Origin: an uncultured bacterium
Lineage (GTDB): Bacteria; Armatimonadota; Abditibacteriia; Abditibacteriales; Abditibacteriaceae
Direction: 5' to 3'
Length of the DNA: 64,000 nt
Assembly (NCBI GenBank): GCA_963843795.1
Contig: CAWJLW010000006.1
Location: 124,001-188,000, forward strand
Part shown: in pieces, positions 9,162-19,729 of the stretch
Position numbering within the stretch: the stretch's first letter is position 1
Layout: the number at the start of each line of letters is the position of its first letter
Notes under the pieces: model-generated
What the model saw: the letters and a program-made list of their open reading frames with translations, nothing else
Databases searched by the model: none
Told to the model about the DNA's origin: nothing
Program-made: the position numbers and the translations under genes

Positions 9162-10319
9162 TTAGATGTGACTTTCAAACATCGTCGAAACCGAATCGTC
9201 GTGGTGAATGCGCAAAATGGCCTGCGCGCACACTTCTGCAACCGATAGCACGGTAATTTTACCAATGTTGCGCTCGGGCGGAATCGGAATCGTATCCGTG
9301 ACAATTAATTCGCGAATCGCTGAATCCTGAATTCGTTTCACGGCATCGCCGCTCAAAACCGGATGCGTGGCGCAACCATAAATTTCGCGCGCGCCCATAT
9401 CGGCCAGCTCGTTGGCCGCAGCGCAAAACGTGCCGCCGCTGTCAATCATGTCGTCGATCAAAACGCAAATCTGGTTTTCGACGTCACCGATTACATCGAC
9501 AATTTTCACTTTGCCCGGTTCAGGACGACGCTTGGCCACAATCGCCAAATCAGCGCCCAAACGTTCGGCCAAATGAGTGGCGCGACTGACGCCGCCCACA
9601 TCAGGCGATACGACGGTCACTTCTTTGTCGCAAATGCCATTTTTGATTAAGTAATCGGCGATAATCGGCTGCGCGGGCAGATGATCGACCGGCATATTAA
9701 AAAAACCTTGAATTTGCCCGGCATGCAAATCAATCGCAAAAATGCGGTCGGCTCCGGCATAGGAAATCAAATCGGCGACCATTTTCGCGGTAATGGGTTC
9801 GCGTGGGCGCACTTTTTTATCCTGCCGCGCATAACCGAAATACGGAATGATCGGCACGATGCGCCGCGCGCTCGCTCGGCGAAATGCGTCGCACATAATC
9901 AACAATTCCATCACGGTATCGTTGACCGGCGCGCACGTTGGCTGCACGATAAATACATCCGCACCGCGAATGCTTTCTTCGATAGCGCACCAGCTTTCAC
10001 CGTTGGCAAAGCGCGTCGTAACCATTTTGCCCAGCGGCACGTTCAAACATTGCGCGATGTCGCGCGCCAGTTGTGGATGCGCGTTACCCGCGAAAATTTT
10101 GAAAGTCGGTTCGGTATTGTGCGAAGGCTTATGCTTCAGCATTTCCGCTAAATCCGGCGCACTGTCCCGTTTCGATTCGATGCGCGCGCGCCGCGCCCTT
10201 TTGGCGCTGTCGGCGGGCGCAACTACGGCCCCGCCATCCAAGGCCACCGTTAAGGCGTCGGCATCTACACTGGCAATTTCGCTGGCGTTATCCGTGCTGG
10301 GAATAATTTCTTTAGCCAT
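9162..10319 (-). CDS. prs: Ribose-phosphate pyrophosphokinase with ~70-aa N-terminal extension
   Basis: FANGE, PYFGYARQDKK, DLHAGQIQGFF, VSPDVGG, DDMIDSGGT. Confidence 0.97.
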   Translation of the reverse strand: MAKEIIPSTDNASEIASVDADALTVALDGGAVVAPADSAKRARRARIESKRDSAPDLAEMLKHKPSHNTEPTFKIFAGNAHPQLARDIAQCLNVPLGKMVTTRFANGESWCAIEESIRGADVFIVQPTCAPVNDTVMELLIMCDAFRRASARRIVPIIPYFGYARQDKKVRPREPITAKMVADLISYAGADRIFAIDLHAGQIQGFFNMPVDHLPAQPIIADYLIKNGICDKEVTVVSPDVGGVSRATHLAERLGADLAIVAKRRPEPGKVKIVDVIGDVENQICVLIDDMIDSGGTFCAAANELADMGAREIYGCATHPVLSGDAVKRIQDSAIRELIVTDTIPIPPERNIGKITVLSVAEVCAQAILRIHHDDSVSTMFESHI

Positions 10320-11070
10320 TGCTTACTCCGCCGCGTCCTTCGGCAAGCAGCTCAAATTCCAGTTCTTCCAATTGCTGCTTGGTGTTGATGCCGGTCATTT
10401 CGCGTTCATTAATGAACACGCCATTCACGCGCTCGCCCGCTTGCGTCAGCAAGCCGATGACATCGGTCAGGTAAAGTTCGCCCGCAGCGTTTTCCGCCTT
10501 GAGCTTGGCCAGTTGCGGCCACAATTTCGCGCTTTCGAAGCAATAGGTGCCCGCGTTCACGGTGCGTTTTTGCAATGTTTCGTCGTCGGCATCTTTGGCT
10601 TCAATTATCGAATGCACTTGCCCATCGTCTTCGCACAACACGCGGCCATAAGTGCCTGGTTCGTCCAAAACTCCGATCAGCATCGAAGCCGCCGCTCCGT
10701 TTTCCTGGCGCTTTTCGACTAACTGGCGCATGGTTGCGGTCGTCAAAAGCGGCACATCTCCGCAGGTGACCAGAATATCGCCTTGAAAATCTTGCAGCGA
10801 ATCAGCGGTTTGTTGCACGGCGTGGCCAGTGCCCAGCATTTCGCTTTGCAGGGCGAATTCGGTGTTCGGGAAATCGGTGGTGATGGCCGTTTTTACTTGC
10901 TCGGCCTGATGACCGACGATGACGACCGTGCGGTCGGGTGCAAGTGGTGCGACGGCTTCGAGAACGTGCGCGACCAGAGATTTGCCCAACAGTTGATGCA
11001 GCACTTTGGCAAGATCGCTTTGCATTCGCGTGCCTTTGCCAGCCGCCAGAATAACCACCGCAAGTTTCAT
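10312..11070 (-). CDS. glmU: GlmU N-terminal uridyltransferase domain only
   Basis: VILAAGKGTRMQSDLAKVLH, LGTGHAV, GDVPL, GELYLTD, GIN...QL; no hexapeptide acetyltransferase domain. Confidence 0.85.
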   Translation of the reverse strand: MKLAVVILAAGKGTRMQSDLAKVLHQLLGKSLVAHVLEAVAPLAPDRTVVIVGHQAEQVKTAITTDFPNTEFALQSEMLGTGHAVQQTADSLQDFQGDILVTCGDVPLLTTATMRQLVEKRQENGAAASMLIGVLDEPGTYGRVLCEDDGQVHSIIEAKDADDETLQKRTVNAGTYCFESAKLWPQLAKLKAENAAGELYLTDVIGLLTQAGERVNGVFINEREMTGINTKQQLEELEFELLAEGRGGVSNG

Positions 11071-11226
11071 AATCGCTCGACTTCTTTGGAACTTCGATTT
11101 GACTTCTTCTTACCAAATCCTCGCCAAAAGCGGGCACAAAAAAAGGATGAAGCGCAGAGAAAAGATCGCGTCGCTTGTGGAAAGCGACAATTTCTTCACT
11201 CTTCCGCCTTCATCCTTAGTCTCGAA

Positions 11227-11298
11227 CTGGGCCGCCAGGATTCGAACCTGGGAATGCCGGAACCAAAATCCGGTGCCTTACCGCTTGGCGACGGCCCA
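11227..11298 (-). tRNA. tRNA-Gln(TTG)
   Basis: TGGGCCGTCGCCAAGCGGTAAGGCACCGGATTTTGGTTCCGGCATTCCCAGGTTCGAATCCTGGCGGCCCAG; cloverleaf, anticodon TTG, CCA not encoded. Confidence 0.97.
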
Positions 11299-11394
11299 AT
11301 TTCTAAACGCCTTAGCCATTTTACCAATTCTCGCTTACACGGTGCAACTTTTTGGGCAAGAATCATCCTGCAAGTACTTGCTACGCACCTTTCT

Positions 11395-12694
11395 TCAAAT
11401 AAACTCCCGCGTTACTTCGCCACCTCTGCTCGAAACGATTTGAGTTACTAACGTGGCAGCGAGAGCCAAAATCGCCAGACCGATAAGCAGCCAAATCGCG
11501 TGGTCCGCCATTTTTTCGACGATTGGCCCGACCGGATTATTCCAGCCCAGCGCGCGCTCGAAGAACCACGCCGTTGCCGCAACGCCCGCCACACAGGCCG
11601 CTGCGCATCGCAGCGGCGAATAAAATTGCGTGCGTGCCAGAAGAACCAGCCATGGCATGGTGCAGACAATAATCCACAGTTGCACCCATTCGATACCCAG
11701 ATTGAAAGCGAACATGCTCGATACCAACGTGATGGTATCGAAACTAAATTCGGTCAAAGTTGAGGCGAAAGCCAATCCGTGCAGGAGTCCAAAGCTGCCC
11801 GCAATGAAAATTTCCCGTCCTTGAAAAATCGGTATTAAGGCGTGAATCGCGGAAATGAAAATCGAGAGGGCAATTGCCGATTCGACCAGGGCCATCGGCA
11901 GATGAACCCAGCCCAACGCGCCGAAAATTAATGTAATCGAATGGCCGAGCGTAAAAGCGCTGGCGACTTTGACGATGCTCCACAGCGCGTTTTCGCCACC
12001 CGCGTAACCGCCCCAGCGTTTTCGCACAGCGACCAAAGGCGCGGGCAGCAGAAGGGTGAGCAGAAATAGCAAATGATCGGTGCCTTGGGCGATATGGCGT
12101 TCACCCAGATGAAAAACACCTAAAAAACCGCGCGCCCAGCTGCCGTTCGAGCGGTTAATGACAAGCGAAGGATTGGTATCGCGCAGCGTTCCAATCAAAA
12201 CCGGAGCGCCGCTCAGTTGGCCGTTGTGCCAGTCGCTGGCTATCGAAACCAGCGCAGTGTGAGTAATTAATTGATGAAAAATGACATCGTAATTGAGCGT
12301 CAGACGGTCGGCGGGTGCGCCCGCAGGCGGCGTCAGGGTGAGATCGACGCGCACATCGGGATTTTGCTCGGTGATGGGCGTGAGCTTGTTAATCGTCACT
12401 TTCCAAGCGCCGTCCATCGGGCGCGACCGGATGAATATGTTGCAAGACATAACTTTTGAGTTCGGTGCCATAATCGCGAACCGTCGCGACGGCATCCAGC
12501 TGCAGCGGTTTTTGCCAGCCCAACTTGAGTTCGATAATCGGCAAATCGAGCTGAACGTCGATGCTTGTATTGCGCAGGTGCAGCAACACTGAGGAACTCG
12601 GCATCGGATGACTCTGCCCCGGCGCGCTTGCGCCGAGGAGACAAACCAACATCAAAAAATGAGCTAGCGAATTTTTTGCATGGCCGCGTTGCAT
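11395..12694 (-). pseudogene. HupE/UreJ family protein, one frameshift near 12410 (possibly a sequencing error)
   Basis: Signal peptide + HPMP start in one frame; HIAQGTDHLLFLLTLL, FTLGHSITL, FGLLHGLAFA, FNLGIE in the other. Confidence 0.8.
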
Positions 12695-12783
12695 GGTCGT
12701 TTTAGGCAGTGAAAAGCTACCTGCACAAAAGCGCGCTACAAGTACTTGCAGCGCGCTTTTCACGTTTTTAGAAATGAAGTTCA

Positions 12784-14094
12784 TCAGCGACGAAAGCCGA
12801 TGGTGTCATCAATGGCGCGCATTTCGCCCATCGCTTCGGGGTTTTTGGCGCGCTTGAGATGCTGCTTTAATTCCTCGACTTGCGACAAAACGGCAGCGAA
12901 AAATTCCTCGTCCAACACCATGGCTCCGCTGTGCGCGCGCTGTAAGGCCGCTGCGGTAAAGGCTTCTTTGAGATAGGCCGGCGTGAAGCCATCGGTTTTG
13001 TCGGCGACTTGCGCGGCCAGCTTTTCCTTGTTGAATTCGGGCGTAATTTTATCGGTCAAACTCGAACGATTTAAGACGCGCAGACAATATTCAAAGCGTT
13101 CTTCGCGCGCGGGCAAGCCCAGATGAAAAACACGGTCGAAGCGCGACGGACGCTTCAAAAGCGCTTCGTCGATGCGTCCCGGATGGTTGGAACTGGCGAT
13201 TGTGAGAATACCTTCGTTAGAGCGAAAACCGTCGATTTCATTGAGAAAAACTGTGCGGTTTTCCGGTCCGATTAAGCCGTCGATGTCTTCAAAAGCCAGA
13301 ATACACGGCGCCATGCGGCGCGCGCGCTCAAAAATGCCTTTAATGGCGTTTTCCATTCCATAGGCTTCCAAATCGCGCACATATAAAAATGTGCAGTCGG
13401 GCAGAGCCGCAGCGGCGGCTTTGCACACCATCGTTTTCCCCGTGCCCGGAGGCCCGACCAGTAAAACGCCGCGCCTCCATGAAAAACCCAGCGCTTCAAA
13501 GGCTTCGCGATGCGCGAAAAAACCTTCGATGGCTTCGCGTAAACCACTCATTTGCGCTTGAGGCAGCACGATGTCGTCCCACGTCACTTTGCCAATTTCT
13601 TCGTCGATTTCCTTCGCCTGCTCCCAGCCGCCCGAATAGCGCAGGCTGCGGCCCAAAGGGCGCATCAGATATTCGTTGGCGCTTGTCACAATCGCGCGCA
13701 CCGTGGCTTCGTCATCGGCAATCGCAATCGACTGCGCCTCGCGACCAAAAGAAGGCGGCAAAACCACTTCGATTTCCTTGCCTTCAAAAGTTGCGCCGAT
13801 CCATTGTGCCCAGGGCAGAATTTTTTCCAGATCGGAATATTCGCAGGTCAGCGAAACGCCAGTTAAAAGGTTACGGAAATCCGGCAATTCGCTTAGCCAA
13901 CGTAATAAGCGCTTGCGCTCGGTGTGAAAATTGAGCAGTGCAGCATCGGGACGTTGCTGACGAATATGGTAAGCGGCCAAAGTCGCTTCGTTGGAATCGG
14001 AATCGAAAGCGCCGAAAATTTCCGTAATGGCGCGGTCACGCCACGAAACTTTTGGCGCGTCGTCGCTATTATGGCTGTGAGTATTTTCGTTCAT
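12784..14094 (-). CDS. AAA+ family ATPase
   Basis: Walker A GPPGTGKT, Walker B-like LAFEDID, SRH NHPGRIDEALLKRPSRFD. Confidence 0.9.
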   Translation of the reverse strand: MNENTHSHNSDDAPKVSWRDRAITEIFGAFDSDSNEATLAAYHIRQQRPDAALLNFHTERKRLLRWLSELPDFRNLLTGVSLTCEYSDLEKILPWAQWIGATFEGKEIEVVLPPSFGREAQSIAIADDEATVRAIVTSANEYLMRPLGRSLRYSGGWEQAKEIDEEIGKVTWDDIVLPQAQMSGLREAIEGFFAHREAFEALGFSWRRGVLLVGPPGTGKTMVCKAAAAALPDCTFLYVRDLEAYGMENAIKGIFERARRMAPCILAFEDIDGLIGPENRTVFLNEIDGFRSNEGILTIASSNHPGRIDEALLKRPSRFDRVFHLGLPAREERFEYCLRVLNRSSLTDKITPEFNKEKLAAQVADKTDGFTPAYLKEAFTAAALQRAHSGAMVLDEEFFAAVLSQVEELKQHLKRAKNPEAMGEMRAIDDTIGFRR

Positions 14095-14164
14095 TAGTTT
14101 GACTTTACAACGTTTTGCGCGTATTCGCGCGTTGCAAGTAGGCGCTGCAAGTACTTGCAACGCA

Positions 14165-15862
14165 TTAAATGCGAAACATTGCGCCCAATTGGCGGCCCAA
14201 CAAGCGGTTGGCCAATAAAAATGTGATTGTCAACAAAGCCATACCGACCACGCCCAGCGCGCAGGCTAGAAAAGTGCCGCCCGAAACGTTCAAGGCCAAT
14301 TGATAAATTGCTTTGGCTATCGGTGCCGAACTTTCATCTGAGGATAAAATCAGCGAATCGGAAACTTCCAGAACCGCAAAGGCAAATGTCAACAAACCCG
14401 CCGCCATCAAGTTCGCCGCAACCAAAGGCCGCGTCACCGTCCACAAAACGCTTAGCGGTTTGGCGCCCAAATTCGCGCCCGCTTCTTCAAGGGTGACGCT
14501 GGTTTGTTGCAAGCCGCTCGAAACGGCGCGCAGTGCATAAGGCAAACGTCGAATGGTGTAGGAAATTATCAGCAAGGGCAGCGCGGAGCCGGCATCCGCA
14601 TCGAGCGGCGTGCCGATGAAGCCAATCAACAAGCCAAACGCCAGAATCAGGCCTGGCAGCGCCAAAGGCAACATCGCTAAAGTATCCAAAAAGGTGCGGC
14701 CCCACACGCGCCCGCGCACCAGAGCATACGCCAGAAAAAAGCCAAGAATCACGTCAAGGCTCATCGAAGCCGCGGCACAAAGCAGGGAAATTTTGATCGA
14801 ATTAGTCGCCAGTTGCGCTTCGCCGCTTTGTGGATCGAGCAGCGTGGTGAAATTTTCTGTCGTCCATTCGGGCCACAAAGAACCCGTCCACGAATGCGCC
14901 AAACTGGTGAGAACTACACCAACGTGCGGCAAAAGCGCCAGGGCGATAACGCAGCCAAAGCTCAGCCATGCCAGCCATTGCCGAACCCCACGCACCACGA
15001 TTTCACGGCCCGCGCCGGTCGCGCGACTCGCCATCGCGATGCGATTATTATCCAGTGCACGACGTGAAATCCAGAAAATCACTCCCGCTAAAACTGTGAG
15101 CCACAGCGCTAAAATGTAGCCGCTGGGATTGGTGATATCGACGCGCGCATCGAAAATGCGCACCGCCGCAACTTGTTCGTAGCCAAAAATCAGCGGCGTG
15201 CCCAAATCGGTGAAGCCGAATATAAACACAATCAGCGCGCCCGACAAATAACCCGGCCACAAAAGCGGCAATGTCACGCTACGAAAAATTGTCCAGCCGC
15301 TCGCGCCCTGATTTTCCGCCGCTTCTTCCAGCGCCGGATCAACATTCGCCCACGCTGCCGTCAGATTCAGGTAAATCAGCGGATACAAGTGCAGCGCGGC
15401 CACAACGATTACCATCGGCAACTTCAATTGCAGCCAATCAATTGGCGCGGCAAGTACGTGCAGGCGCATTAAAAGGGTGTTGATAACGCCTTCGCGTCCC
15501 AGCATTTGACTGATGCCAACCGCGCCGACGAGTGGCGGCAACAGCAGAGGCACGAGCAGCAAGCCGGACAGCCAGCTTTTGCCGCTGAATTTCCAACGCG
15601 CGGTCATATACGCGAGTGGAAACGCCAGCAAAGAAGCGGCGATCATGGCGCCGATGCCGATTTTGCAACTGTTGAGAATGCTTTCGCGCACAATTGGGTC
15701 TTGACCCGGCAAGGCCAGAAGTGCGGGCGAAAATTGGCCGTCGGGTGCCAACGCGCCGAGCAGAACTTTGCCGACTGGATAAATCAGAAACGGGCCAAAA
15801 ACTAGGGCGCATAATAGCCACGTCGCCAGTGAGGGAAGGGCGCGGCGCAGGGTGAAGTTCAT
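14165..15862 (-). CDS. ABC transporter permease, FbpB/ThiP type (two BPD_transp_1 domains)
   Basis: Two EAA loops (LEEAAENQGA, LEEAGANLGA). Confidence 0.88.
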   Translation of the reverse strand: MNFTLRRALPSLATWLLCALVFGPFLIYPVGKVLLGALAPDGQFSPALLALPGQDPIVRESILNSCKIGIGAMIAASLLAFPLAYMTARWKFSGKSWLSGLLLVPLLLPPLVGAVGISQMLGREGVINTLLMRLHVLAAPIDWLQLKLPMVIVVAALHLYPLIYLNLTAAWANVDPALEEAAENQGASGWTIFRSVTLPLLWPGYLSGALIVFIFGFTDLGTPLIFGYEQVAAVRIFDARVDITNPSGYILALWLTVLAGVIFWISRRALDNNRIAMASRATGAGREIVVRGVRQWLAWLSFGCVIALALLPHVGVVLTSLAHSWTGSLWPEWTTENFTTLLDPQSGEAQLATNSIKISLLCAAASMSLDVILGFFLAYALVRGRVWGRTFLDTLAMLPLALPGLILAFGLLIGFIGTPLDADAGSALPLLIISYTIRRLPYALRAVSSGLQQTSVTLEEAGANLGAKPLSVLWTVTRPLVAANLMAAGLLTFAFAVLEVSDSLILSSDESSAPIAKAIYQLALNVSGGTFLACALGVVGMALLTITFLLANRLLGRQLGAMFRI

Positions 15863-15894
15863 AAAAAACGTGGTGCAAGTACTTGCAGGCAGTT

Positions 15895-16449
15895 TTAAGC
15901 GGTCGAAACGTCCTCGTCAAGCGGGAAACCCGACACATTTTGCAGGGCAGAATGATCTTCAGTCGCGTTATCGGGCTTTTTGATCACTGCCATGCTGCCA
16001 TCGGTTTCCAAAACGACGGCTGAAACTTGTGAAATCGAAACATAACCGGCGGCGCGCATCGCCGAGAGCACTTCATCGCGGGGCACGCGCTGTTCGAGCA
16101 TAGATTCTTCTAAAAAACTGCCTTCAAAGAACAACAGCGTTGGATCAGCTTTGACCAATTTTTTTATCCAATCGAAACGAATCGAAGTCCAAGTGATTAA
16201 GAACTGCAAGCCCATCAACAGCGAAAACGCGACGATACCTTCGAAAATAGCGACATCTTTAGACAGTAAAATCGTGGCTAAAATCGAACCTAGCGCGACC
16301 GTGACCACGAAATCGAAGGCGTTCATCTTCGACAGCGTGCGCTTGCCAAACACGCGCAGCAAAAATACCATCGCCAGATAAGAGCAACTGCCGCTGATAA
16401 CAACGCGCAACAAGCCAAACCAATTATCGAAAAATAGCGCGCTACTCAT
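15895..16449 (-). CDS. DUF421 (YetF-like) membrane protein
   Basis: LRVFGKRTLSKMNAFDFVVTVALGS, VVLETDGSMAVI. Confidence 0.88.
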   Translation of the reverse strand: MSSALFFDNWFGLLRVVISGSCSYLAMVFLLRVFGKRTLSKMNAFDFVVTVALGSILATILLSKDVAIFEGIVAFSLLMGLQFLITWTSIRFDWIKKLVKADPTLLFFEGSFLEESMLEQRVPRDEVLSAMRAAGYVSISQVSAVVLETDGSMAVIKKPDNATEDHSALQNVSGFPLDEDVSTA

Positions 16450-16585
16450 AATTCCATTCCCTTTAATCTGGCGCATTAAGAGAGCGCCATGCCATTCAAC
16501 AAAGCAACAAACTACGCCCTGCAAGTACTGAGCAAGTACTTGCAGGGCGTAATTTCGCTTTCAGGCAGCTTTTAAGAGCGTTAAT

Positions 16586-17989
16586 TCAATGCGCCAATTG
16601 TTGCGCGGCTTTGCTCAACTCATCCAAACGCGCTTCCGAGCGCGCTTCCATATAAACGCGCACCAGAGGTTCGGTGCCCGAAGGACGTAGCAAAAGCCAC
16701 GAATCGTCGTTCAGATTCAGTTTCACGCCGTCCAAAGTCACGACGTTTTTGACTTTCGCGCCAGCGATTTCACCTGGCGTATTATCGCGCATTTGGTCCA
16801 GCAATTCGGTTTTCTTTTTGTCGTCCAGATGCACATCGATGCGCGTCGAATAAAATTCGCCATATTTCGCCATGATGTCCTGATAAACCTGCGTCAAAGG
16901 CTTTTTGTGAACCGCCCAGATTTCGCACGCCAGCAAATCGGCCAGCACGCCATCTTTGCCGGGCAAGTGTCCTTTAATCGACAAACCACCCGATTCTTCT
17001 CCGCCCAGAATCGCGCCTTGTTCTTCAATCGCTGCGCCCAGCCATTTGAAACCGACTGGTGTTTCGATGACTTCTTGGCCGTGAGCGCGCGCAATCGCGT
17101 CCAGTAGACCGGTCGTCGGAACGGTGCGCGCGACCGGGCCTTTTAGGCCGCGATGTTCCAAAAGATGCACGTAAACCAGCGCTAAAACTTGATTCGGCGT
17201 GAGATAATCACCCGTGCTATCGACGATGCCGAAACGGTCGGCGTCGGGATCGTTGGCCAAACCCAGAACCGCTTTGTGCGCCTTGACGTGCGCTTGTAAC
17301 ATGGCGTGACATTTCGGATTTGCTGGGTCGGGCAGAATGCCGCCAAACATTACGTCGGGCGTGTCGCGAATGCGCATCGCTTCCCAATCGTGTTCGCGCA
17401 GCAGGTCATCGACGTATCCGCGACCGCTGCCGTAAACCGCATCGCAAATCGTGCGCGCCGGGTTTTTCTTGAGCAAATCGAAATCAATCACGCTTTTCAA
17501 TTGTGAAAAGAACGCCGGTTTGGGGTCGAATTCTTCGACGCTCGCACTTTGCGTATCGGGGAAATCTTGTCCGATCATCGGTTCGAGCGCGTTCGTAGTT
17601 TCTTTGCCCGCCGGACCGCCATTGGGCATAAAGAATTTGAAGCCGTTGTATTGCGGTGGATTGTGCGAGGCGGTAATCATGATGCCGGTTGCCAAATCGT
17701 TCGAGCGCGTCGCCCACGCTAAAGCCGGTGTCGGCGCATCGCGATTCGACAAGCGAACCGGAATGCCAGCTTCGGCGATGGTTTCAGCAGTTGCGCGCGC
17801 GAATTGCGGCGAAAGAAAGCGCGTATCGTAGCCGATAGCGACGCCGTTGCGGCTTTTTTCGGGCAGGTTTTGTTTGAGATAAGCGGCTAAGGCGCGCGAC
17901 AAAGCGCGCACATTGTCGAAGGTGAAATCTTCAGCGATCAGGCTGCGCCAACCGTCGGTGCCGAACTTAATTTTGTCGTGTGAATTCAT
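16586..17989 (-). CDS. Phosphoglucomutase/phosphomannomutase family protein
   Basis: FGTDGWR, TASHNP, DPDADR, GGEESGG, RPSGTEP. Confidence 0.95.
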   Translation of the reverse strand: MNSHDKIKFGTDGWRSLIAEDFTFDNVRALSRALAAYLKQNLPEKSRNGVAIGYDTRFLSPQFARATAETIAEAGIPVRLSNRDAPTPALAWATRSNDLATGIMITASHNPPQYNGFKFFMPNGGPAGKETTNALEPMIGQDFPDTQSASVEEFDPKPAFFSQLKSVIDFDLLKKNPARTICDAVYGSGRGYVDDLLREHDWEAMRIRDTPDVMFGGILPDPANPKCHAMLQAHVKAHKAVLGLANDPDADRFGIVDSTGDYLTPNQVLALVYVHLLEHRGLKGPVARTVPTTGLLDAIARAHGQEVIETPVGFKWLGAAIEEQGAILGGEESGGLSIKGHLPGKDGVLADLLACEIWAVHKKPLTQVYQDIMAKYGEFYSTRIDVHLDDKKKTELLDQMRDNTPGEIAGAKVKNVVTLDGVKLNLNDDSWLLLRPSGTEPLVRVYMEARSEARLDELSKAAQQLAH

Positions 17990-18039
17990 AATGGGTTCTC
18001 TCAATTAATTTTTCTGCTTCCTCGAAGCCGCATCGAATT

Positions 18040-19641
18040 TTAGCGTTTTCGATACCAACGCAGTTCGGGATTTGGGTACAAAAAGTCGTGCGGCACAAAA
18101 GCGCGTCCCGGCAAACTCAACGGCGATTGTACCTTTTTCTGCCACACCAATTCGTAATCACGCGCCAAAACGCGCTGCCAATGGACATATTCCGGATCGT
18201 GTAAACGCGCTTTGTCGCGCCAATCAAATTCGTTGAGCGAAAGCCACTTCGGGCCTTGCACATCCAAATCTTCCCAATCCATTGCCAGCTGCGACACCTG
18301 AAATTTGCCGTCTGGCGTCGGCGCGGGCAAAACAAAACCGCGCATCGGCGCATTGGTCGGCAACACGGGCGGCGAGCCAAACCACAATTGATCGGCTAAG
18401 GCCACGTTTTGCACTTCGTTCGTATTTTGAGATTGCAGCCACGCCAAAGCCTGGTCGCGCGCGTCGGGCTGCACAAACGGATAAAGCGCGTTGAAGGAGC
18501 CAATCGCCGTGAAGCACAACACGAAGGTGGCAAGCACTTGCAAAGTTTTTTTGTTGAGAGAATTCAGCGCAATCGGCACGACGCAGCACGCGCACAAAAC
18601 CGGCACAATCGGCAAAACGTAACGCAGAAAGCGCACTTGCGATGTGCCAAGCGCCAGAACGTAAATTGCCCCGAATACCAGAGCGGGCTGCAAGTACCTG
18701 CGCCCTTCCCATTGGCGCAGCGCGCCAATTCCGAAAAGAGACCACAAATATAAAGGTGCACCCAGCGCAAACGGCAGCGTGAACGTGAGATGATAAATCC
18801 AACCGTTGCCGGTTTGCTGAAAAATTTCGCCGCTGCCGATTTTAGGATGCGTCAACAATTCAAAGGCCACGCCCTGCTGCAAATTCGGATCGTTAGTGCC
18901 CCAGAATTCGCTGAAACTTAAAATGCTATACGGGCAGCCCATGAGAAAACCCAAAATGGAAATTCCGATGATTTTCGGAAGGTAATCGCGACTGCCTTGC
19001 GCCGTTAAAACTACGAACAAGGGCGCGATAACCACCAGAATCGCATTGTATTTGGTGGCAGCGCCCAATCCCGCAGCGAGCGCGGCCCACAGCAAGTACT
19101 TGCGATGTGTGGTTTGGCCGCGCCGCGTCATCCATAAACACAAAACTACCCAAAACGTCGCCGCGACATCGACGGTCGCGAAATGCGCGTGCTGCACCAA
19201 TCCGGGAGCCAACGCGCACAAAATCGCCGCGAAAATTGCACCGCTTTTATGCAACGGACGCAGCCATAAATATAATGCAGGAATCGTCAGCGCGCCGAAA
19301 AGTGCGGAGATGAAACGTCCGCAGAAAACGATGTCGTGAATGACCGGCCAGGGCGCGTTTCCGGCTGCGGGCGTCGTGATGCCCATGATTCCATTAAGCC
19401 AGTAATCGAGCCAGACGAAATAGATATACAGCGAAGGGTAATTGAAAAAATGCGGGTTCCAATTGCCACCGAATAGGTTCAAATTGGCGACGGCTTCGAC
19501 GATTTGGCGCTCGTCTGGGTGATAGGAAAACCAGTGCGTCGCATCGGGCAACGCCCACGTCAGGCCAATGAAACGTGGCAAAGCGGCGAGCAGAAACAGA
19601 CACAGTGCAAGGGCGATTTTATTGTCGAGAAAACGCTTCAC
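18040..19641 (-). CDS. GT-C fold glycosyltransferase (GT39/ArnT-like)
   Basis: HPDE motif, NPHFFNYPS, AHFATVD, ATKYN, multiple TM helices. Confidence 0.8.
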   Translation of the reverse strand: MKRFLDNKIALALCLFLLAALPRFIGLTWALPDATHWFSYHPDERQIVEAVANLNLFGGNWNPHFFNYPSLYIYFVWLDYWLNGIMGITTPAAGNAPWPVIHDIVFCGRFISALFGALTIPALYLWLRPLHKSGAIFAAILCALAPGLVQHAHFATVDVAATFWVVLCLWMTRRGQTTHRKYLLWAALAAGLGAATKYNAILVVIAPLFVVLTAQGSRDYLPKIIGISILGFLMGCPYSILSFSEFWGTNDPNLQQGVAFELLTHPKIGSGEIFQQTGNGWIYHLTFTLPFALGAPLYLWSLFGIGALRQWEGRRYLQPALVFGAIYVLALGTSQVRFLRYVLPIVPVLCACCVVPIALNSLNKKTLQVLATFVLCFTAIGSFNALYPFVQPDARDQALAWLQSQNTNEVQNVALADQLWFGSPPVLPTNAPMRGFVLPAPTPDGKFQVSQLAMDWEDLDVQGPKWLSLNEFDWRDKARLHDPEYVHWQRVLARDYELVWQKKVQSPLSLPGRAFVPHDFLYPNPELRWYRKR

Positions 19642-19729
19642 GCGCGCAGTTTAGCGCTGTAATAGATGCTGCAAGTACTTGCGGGATAAATTGGCGCAAC
19701 TCAATGTATGCCAACACTTCAAATGGCTC

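Noticed and set aside
11227..12694. tRNA-anchored integrative element
   Set aside because: No integrase and no duplicated tRNA 3' end seen
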